Part shown: one piece after another, positions 59,018 through 64,000 of the stretch
Position numbering within the stretch: position 1 is the first letter of the stretch
How the letters are laid out: every line of letters starts with the position of its first letter
Notes under the pieces: model-generated
Told to the model about the DNA's origin: nothing
The model's input: the letters and a program-made list of their open reading frames with translations, nothing else
Database searches by the model: none
Made by a program: the position numbers and the translations under genes
Assembly (NCBI GenBank): GCA_002713365.1
Contig: PASR01000011.1
Span: 342,110-406,109 of the forward strand
DNA: 64,000 nucleotides
Origin: Rhodospirillaceae bacterium
GTDB taxonomy: Bacteria > Pseudomonadota > Alphaproteobacteria > UBA6615
Reading direction: 5' to 3'

Positions 59018-62000
59018 CTGGCAAGCTAGATAGTAAATCAAAAGCTTATACTGAAAGGGTCGCTCCACGTGGATTAATTTCAGTTTTTGCCCGCCATCCC
59101 ACTGCTGCTAATTTATTAATTGCTATTATGTTAATTGCAGGATTAGCAGGTATTTGGCGGATGAATACGCAGTTCTTTCCTGACTTTGGTCTCGATGTAA
59201 TAATGGTAAATGTTAAATGGGAAGGGGCTAGTGCTCAGGATGTAGACCTTTCAATTGTTCAGTCAATTGAATCTGAAACTCGGTTTTTAGATGAAGTAAA
59301 AAATGTTAGATCCACGGCAAAAGAGGGGTCGGCTTCAATTATTATTGAGTTTAATCAGGGCGCTGATATGCAGGCAGCATTGTCAAATGTTGAATCCGCA
59401 GTAAGTCAGGCTACATCGCTTCCAAAAGGCAGTGAGGCTCCAAAAATTCGTCGTATTGTGCGTTATGATACTATAGCTAGGTTAACACTGTCTGGTCCCT
59501 ATACAGAAGAATCATTAAGGTATTTTGCAAAACGAATGCGCAACGAGATGATGAATCTCGGTATAGATCGAGTTACCTTTTCCGGATTAAGAGATCCAGA
59601 AATATGGGTTGAAGTAGATCCATATAAACTAAGGTCAGTGGACTTATCCCTTTCTGATATTGCACAGTCGATATCTAGAGTCTCGCAAGATATTCCATCG
59701 GGAGAAACTGGCACTGGGTCAAAGCAAATTCGAAGTTTGGGACTAAAACAATCTGCGTCTGGTGTTTCTAAAATAGAAATCAAAAATGATGACCAGGGAG
59801 GCAAACTTTATATTTCTGATATTGCTATTGTTCATGAGACATTTAATGATGATCAGGTAACTGTTAGCAGCACCGGACTGCCAGCTATAGAACTTAAAGT
59901 TCAGAGAGCAACAACTGCTGACAGTCTGAAAACCGCTAAAATATTAGATAAATATCTAGAGAGTGCAGGCCCAACTTTACCACCGGACTTAAGCGTAGTT
60001 AAGTACGGTGTTGAAAGTAATCTTGTGAAGGAGAGAATCTGGCTTTTAATTAAGAACGGTTTAGGAGGACTTGTATTAGTAATCCTCATACTATTTTTAT
60101 TTCTTAACGCCAAAGTAGCTCTCTGGGTTGGGGTGGGTATTCCAGCAGCCTTATTGGCCGCCTTGGCTGTTATGGCATTAACTGGGCAATCCATTAATAT
60201 GATTAGTTTGTTTGCTCTAATTCTGGTGCTTGGTATTGTTGTTGATGATGCAATTGTAGTAGGGGAACACGCAGAATTTTTGCACCGCAAAGGACTTTCA
60301 GCACTTGAAGCTGCAGAGACAAGTGCATTAAGAATGTCTGCTCCTGTATTTAGTTCTACCCTAACGACTATTGCTACATTTCTGCCATTATTTTTAATAG
60401 GAGAGGTTATAGGTGCTATAATTATTGCTATTCCTTTAGCAGTTTGTGCCGCATTGTCAGCCAGTTTATTTGAGTGTTTTTTAGCTCTTCCAGGACATAT
60501 GAGGGCTGCCCTATCTTCAACTAAAGAAAAAACATCTGGTATAAGGGTTAGCTTTAATCATGCCTTTGATAAATTTCGTGATGGTCTTTTTCGTAAATGG
60601 ATACAATGGGCAATAAGGTTTCGTTATCTTACTATTTCATTATCAATTTGTGCTCTTCTTTTATCAGTAGGTTTAGTGATAGGCGGAAGAGTTGGATTTA
60701 CTTTTTTCCCTTCGGTAGAGGCAGATGTAGTATTTGCCAATTTTAGACTTGTGCCGGGTAGTGGACGAACAGCGACAGTAACTGCGGTCAATAAAATAGA
60801 ATCAGCGGCTTATATGGTTGAGAAAGAGTTAGGATTTACTCCCAATACTCTAATTGTAAAAACCGTTGCTAAAGTAGGTCGGACTGCTGGAAGGGCTCAG
60901 TCTGCTCAAACTTATGGTGATGAAGTTGGGTCCGTTTTTTTGGAATTAGTACCTGCTGATATACGTGAAGTGAGAACTCAGTTTTTTTTAAATAAGTGGA
61001 AAGAAAAACTACCACTCATTACTGGTATAGAATCATTATCTCTTACACCGGCGCAGGGAGGACCGCCAGGACGTGAATTAGATGTTAGGCTTTCTGGAGG
61101 GCAGCCAGAAGCACTCAAACGCACGGCTATACAAATACGTAACTTATTGGAATCCTATCCTGGAGTGGATTCTATTGATGATGATTTACCTTATGGTAAG
61201 TCTGAGATTGTTATGAAGATTACTGAAAAGGGGAAAGCTCTAGGATATACCACCGAATCAGTTGCTACCCAAGTTAGGCATGCTTATTCAGGGCTTATAG
61301 CAAAACGTTTTGCTCGTGCTGATGATGAGGTTCTTATTCGCGTGCGAGCTAATAAGAAAATGCTCTCCTCACAATCTCTGGGAGATCTTAACCTAAGTTC
61401 TCCTAAAGGTATTAATACCCCTCTATCAGAGGTTGTGGAATTTATTGAAAAAACTGGATTTGCTTTAGTTCGACGAGAAAATGGCCTGCGTCAGGTTTCC
61501 ATTACTGCAGAAATTGATGAAACGCTTACTAGTGGTGGACAAATTATTGATAATCTTACCAGAGATGGAATTTTTTCTATATCCTCATCAGAAGGTCTCA
61601 GCGTTCACTTTTCTGGCAAGGCTGAGGAACAGGCAGAAACATTTGGAGATATGCGTATCGGAGCTATGGTTGGTCTCGTTCTTATGTACCTTGTCCTATC
61701 ATGGGTTTTTGCTAGCTTTACAAGGCCCATAGCTGTCATGGCTATAATCCCGTTTGGTCTTATAGGTGCCGTATTAGGACACTGGATAATGGGTTTTGAT
61801 TTAACGATTTTATCAATGATAAGTTTACTTGGGTTATCAGGTATAGCAGTCAATGATTCCATTGTATTAATAACTACGATAGACAGCCGGATTAAAAGTG
61901 GTGAAGAAATACAAGTGGCTGTTTGTGAAGGCGCGACCGATAGATTAAGAGCAGTAATTTTAACTTCTTTAACAACTATAGGCGGTTTGGCCCCAATGAT

Positions 62001-62166
62001 GTTAGAGACAAGTTTACAAGCACGATTTTTGATCCCAATGGCAACGACCATAGTGTTTGGGCTTCTAGTAGTCACATTGTTAGTACTTTTTTTAGTTCCA
62101 GCTTTGGTAATGGTAGGAAACGATTATAGTAAGATAAGGTCAAAATTCAAAAAGGTGATACTTTAA
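59014..62166 (+). CDS. RND efflux transporter, AcrB/AcrD/AcrF family
   Basis: 1050 aa. 12-TM architecture with two large periplasmic loops. Confidence 0.9.
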   Translation: MTGKLDSKSKAYTERVAPRGLISVFARHPTAANLLIAIMLIAGLAGIWRMNTQFFPDFGLDVIMVNVKWEGASAQDVDLSIVQSIESETRFLDEVKNVRSTAKEGSASIIIEFNQGADMQAALSNVESAVSQATSLPKGSEAPKIRRIVRYDTIARLTLSGPYTEESLRYFAKRMRNEMMNLGIDRVTFSGLRDPEIWVEVDPYKLRSVDLSLSDIAQSISRVSQDIPSGETGTGSKQIRSLGLKQSASGVSKIEIKNDDQGGKLYISDIAIVHETFNDDQVTVSSTGLPAIELKVQRATTADSLKTAKILDKYLESAGPTLPPDLSVVKYGVESNLVKERIWLLIKNGLGGLVLVILILFLFLNAKVALWVGVGIPAALLAALAVMALTGQSINMISLFALILVLGIVVDDAIVVGEHAEFLHRKGLSALEAAETSALRMSAPVFSSTLTTIATFLPLFLIGEVIGAIIIAIPLAVCAALSASLFECFLALPGHMRAALSSTKEKTSGIRVSFNHAFDKFRDGLFRKWIQWAIRFRYLTISLSICALLLSVGLVIGGRVGFTFFPSVEADVVFANFRLVPGSGRTATVTAVNKIESAAYMVEKELGFTPNTLIVKTVAKVGRTAGRAQSAQTYGDEVGSVFLELVPADIREVRTQFFLNKWKEKLPLITGIESLSLTPAQGGPPGRELDVRLSGGQPEALKRTAIQIRNLLESYPGVDSIDDDLPYGKSEIVMKITEKGKALGYTTESVATQVRHAYSGLIAKRFARADDEVLIRVRANKKMLSSQSLGDLNLSSPKGINTPLSEVVEFIEKTGFALVRRENGLRQVSITAEIDETLTSGGQIIDNLTRDGIFSISSSEGLSVHFSGKAEEQAETFGDMRIGAMVGLVLMYLVLSWVFASFTRPIAVMAIIPFGLIGAVLGHWIMGFDLTILSMISLLGLSGIAVNDSIVLITTIDSRIKSGEEIQVAVCEGATDRLRAVILTSLTTIGGLAPMMLETSLQARFLIPMATTIVFGLLVVTLLVLFLVPALVMVGNDYSKIRSKFKKVIL

Positions 62167-62391
62167 AATAAAAAAAATTGGGTCTAGGTGTTTTGGTCTT
62201 CATTCAGGTATGCAAAAAACCTAATAATTAAAATTTAATTACTTTTATAAAATTTTATAAGTAATATAGAATTTGTACTTCACATAAGCGGCCAGTAATA
62301 TTAAATATAGAAAGAGAATTGTAATAAGGTTTCGTATTAACGTTTTTTTAATAAATGAAACTTTACAATGGACTTAATTATTAGAAATTGA

Positions 62392-62811
62392 TTGGGAGAT
62401 CACGATATGTATGCATTTGATCTGGCACATGAACAGGAATTTGATCCAAAACGCCATGTTGAGAAAATACTTGGCACAGATGGTGATGGTGATTTTACCG
62501 TTGCTTGTTGGGAACCAGGCCAGGTAAGCCCAAATCATTGTCATCCTGGAGCCACAGAGATTTACTTTTGTTTTGAAGGTGGCGGTAGTATGTTAACTGC
62601 AGAGGGAGTTACAGAAGTAAAACCAGGATCATTCGTAGTACATCCACCTGGAGAGGTTCATGAATACACTAATGGTCCAACACGCACTCTTCTTTTTCGT
62701 GTTAGGTATGGAGGTGACACGGCGTCTCGTTGTTTAGACTGGCCTACTAATTCTGAATGGCAGGCTAATGATTCTGATATTGAATACTTTGGTGAAAATC
62801 CATCCAGATAA
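62392..62811 (+). CDS. Cupin domain protein
   Basis: 139 aa. HCHPGATEIYFCFEGGG...HPPGEVHEY, the two-motif cupin metal site. Confidence 0.7.
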   Translation: MGDHDMYAFDLAHEQEFDPKRHVEKILGTDGDGDFTVACWEPGQVSPNHCHPGATEIYFCFEGGGSMLTAEGVTEVKPGSFVVHPPGEVHEYTNGPTRTLLFRVRYGGDTASRCLDWPTNSEWQANDSDIEYFGENPSR

Positions 62812-62860
62812 TTTCAATATTTATTACAGCATGGTTGCTCACCTAAACATAAGGTTTATT

Positions 62861-63520
62861 CTATAAGTTCAGCGATATTTCTTGAACTTTTTCTATGTTA
62901 AGGTGAGCACCAGTAGCTGATTGTACCTCTTCTGGCGTGATCCCAGGGGCAATACCTTCTAAGATTAGTTCATTGGCTTCGACTGAGATTACACCCATAT
63001 CAGTATAAATTTTAGATACTACACCTCCGGCTGTTAGAGGGTATGTACGCTCTGCTATAATCTTAGCATCGCCCTCTCGAGTTGTATGTGTCATCATTAC
63101 GTATACCCTTTTAGCACCAGCTGCGATATCCATTGCTCCGCCTACACTTCCTGATTTTTGGTGAGGAAGTCGCCAATTACAAAGGTCACCATTAGCAGCC
63201 ACTTGAAATGCGCCTAATACTGCGCAGTCCAGTCGTCCGCCACGTGCAATGGCAAAAGAATCTGTATGATTTACGTAGGCTCCTCCTGGTATTAAAGTTA
63301 TTAAACCTTTACCAGCGCTAATTAGGTCCAAATCTTCCTCTCCTGGTAGGGGAGGCGGACCCATGCCTACAACACCATTTTCACTATGGAACATCACGTT
63401 GCGTTCTTTGGGAATAAATTCAGGTATAAGAGTGGGCATACCAATTCCTAAATTCACTAGCCAGTTTTCCTGTAAGTCCTTAGCCACGCAGGCTGCTATT
63501 TGGTCTCTACTTAGAAGCAT
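62861..63520 (-). CDS. 3-oxoacid CoA-transferase subunit B
   Basis: 219 aa. N-terminal pattern (MLLSRDQIAACVAKDLQENWLVNLGIGMPT) typical of subunit B. Confidence 0.85.
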   Translation of the reverse strand: MLLSRDQIAACVAKDLQENWLVNLGIGMPTLIPEFIPKERNVMFHSENGVVGMGPPPLPGEEDLDLISAGKGLITLIPGGAYVNHTDSFAIARGGRLDCAVLGAFQVAANGDLCNWRLPHQKSGSVGGAMDIAAGAKRVYVMMTHTTREGDAKIIAERTYPLTAGGVVSKIYTDMGVISVEANELILEGIAPGITPEEVQSATGAHLNIEKVQEISLNL

Positions 63521-63552
63521 TTTTTAACCTTAGCTTATTTTCTATAAATTTT

Positions 63553-64000
63553 TTATTTGCCGCCACTGCCAACTTTATACTGACCAGTAACAAAGTAACT
63601 ATCTACAAAAACACCTGGAGTAATAATATTTTCAGGGTCAAGGTTCCCGATGGGGACCTCTTCAGAAACTTCAATAATACTGTGATTTGCAGCCATCACC
63701 ATTATTGGATTAAAATTACGTGCTGATTTGTGGTAAACCAAATTACCTCTTAAATCTGCTTTGTGGGCTTTGATAAGGGCAATGTCTGCTCTCAAAGGTA
63801 ATTCCAAGATATAATCCTTACCATCTATGGTAAGTGCTTTTTTTCCTTCTGCTAGGTCAGTTCCTACGCCGGTCGGAGTTAAAAAACCTCCTAATCCAGC
63901 TCCCGCAGTTCTAATTCTTTCTGCTAGAGTGCCTTGAGGGACTATTTCAAGTGATATTTTACCATTATCATATAACTCTTTGAAAACATATGATTCTTTA
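63553..64000 (-). CDS. 3-oxoacid CoA-transferase subunit A, C-terminal part (5' end beyond the window)
   Basis: Frame open from 64000 to the stop at 63553. Translation ...GTLAERIRTAGAGLGGFLTPTGVGT... matches the subunit A glycine-rich motif. Confidence 0.8.
   Translation of the reverse strand, partial: KESYVFKELYDNGKISLEIVPQGTLAERIRTAGAGLGGFLTPTGVGTDLAEGKKALTIDGKDYILELPLRADIALIKAHKADLRGNLVYHKSARNFNPIMVMAANHSIIEVSEEVPIGNLDPENIITPGVFVDSYFVTGQYKVGSGGK

Noticed and set aside
59499-62075. Four 83-156-aa ORFs within the RND pump span
   Set aside because: Antisense or out-of-frame within the 1050-aa AcrB-family gene.

Overview
This 64 kb window reads as an ordinary chromosomal, metabolically dense region of a low-GC bacterium with roughly 65 coding genes and 2 tRNAs. 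No transposase, integrase, CRISPR array or recognisable phage or defense genes are present. The organism is probably a marine alphaproteobacterium, because the window encodes an NDUFS4-like complex I accessory protein typical of that class, and Shine-Dalgarno sites are in use.

The blocks, from start to end:
1. 1-5.8 kb: an oxygenase-rich catabolic cluster (SDR, VOC/glyoxalase, bicupin, 2OG-Fe(II) oxygenase, group A FAD aromatic hydroxylase, M24 creatinase-like hydrolase).
2. 6-14.8 kb: mixed oxidoreductases (NAD epimerase-like, NIPSNAP, RidA, cupin, NmrA, HIBADH-like, Gfo/Idh/MocA, SMP-30 lactonase) plus an AT-rich membrane protein with a coiled coil and Sel1 repeats.
3. 14.9-23.4 kb: a catabolic module centred on a BKACE-family beta-keto-acid cleavage enzyme (thiolase, BKACE, FAH-family hydrolase, acyl-CoA dehydrogenase, acyl-CoA ligase, esterase, MFE-2-like SDR).
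4. 23.6-32 kb: TauE/SafE exporter, a hypothetical membrane protein, a four-gene ABC-2/GldG/DUF4340 system, an SDR and a GST.
5. 32.1-42.3 kb: a complete form II (AYRGAGR-type) Mo-CODH-like locus, coxS-L-M then coxD-E-xdhC(N)-xdhC(C), with coxG, a fused molybdopterin-binding/MocA cytidylyltransferase and a tandem YciI-like protein.
6. 42.6-51.9 kb: divergent from coxG, an unusual stand-alone Mrp-like cation/proton antiporter cluster. Its gene order mirrors the membrane arm of Mbh/Mbx-type complexes (E-F-G-B'-B-C) and it has three NuoL/M/N-like pump subunits and no MrpA, followed by an Atm1-type ABC exporter.
7. 52-54.7 kb: a TPP riboswitch on the minus strand controlling a thiZ-thiX-thiY-like (NMT1/THI5 binding protein) ABC importer.
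8. 54.8-64 kb: HDAC-family amidohydrolase, DUF192, tRNA-Pro(TGG), NDUFS4-like protein, tRNA-Arg(TCT), an RND efflux pair (membrane fusion protein plus AcrB-like pump), a cupin and CoA-transferase B/A subunits, with A truncated at the window edge.

Several start codons in the ORF track were revised (TTG/GTG track starts replaced by downstream ATG with SD). Many short antisense ORFs were rejected.
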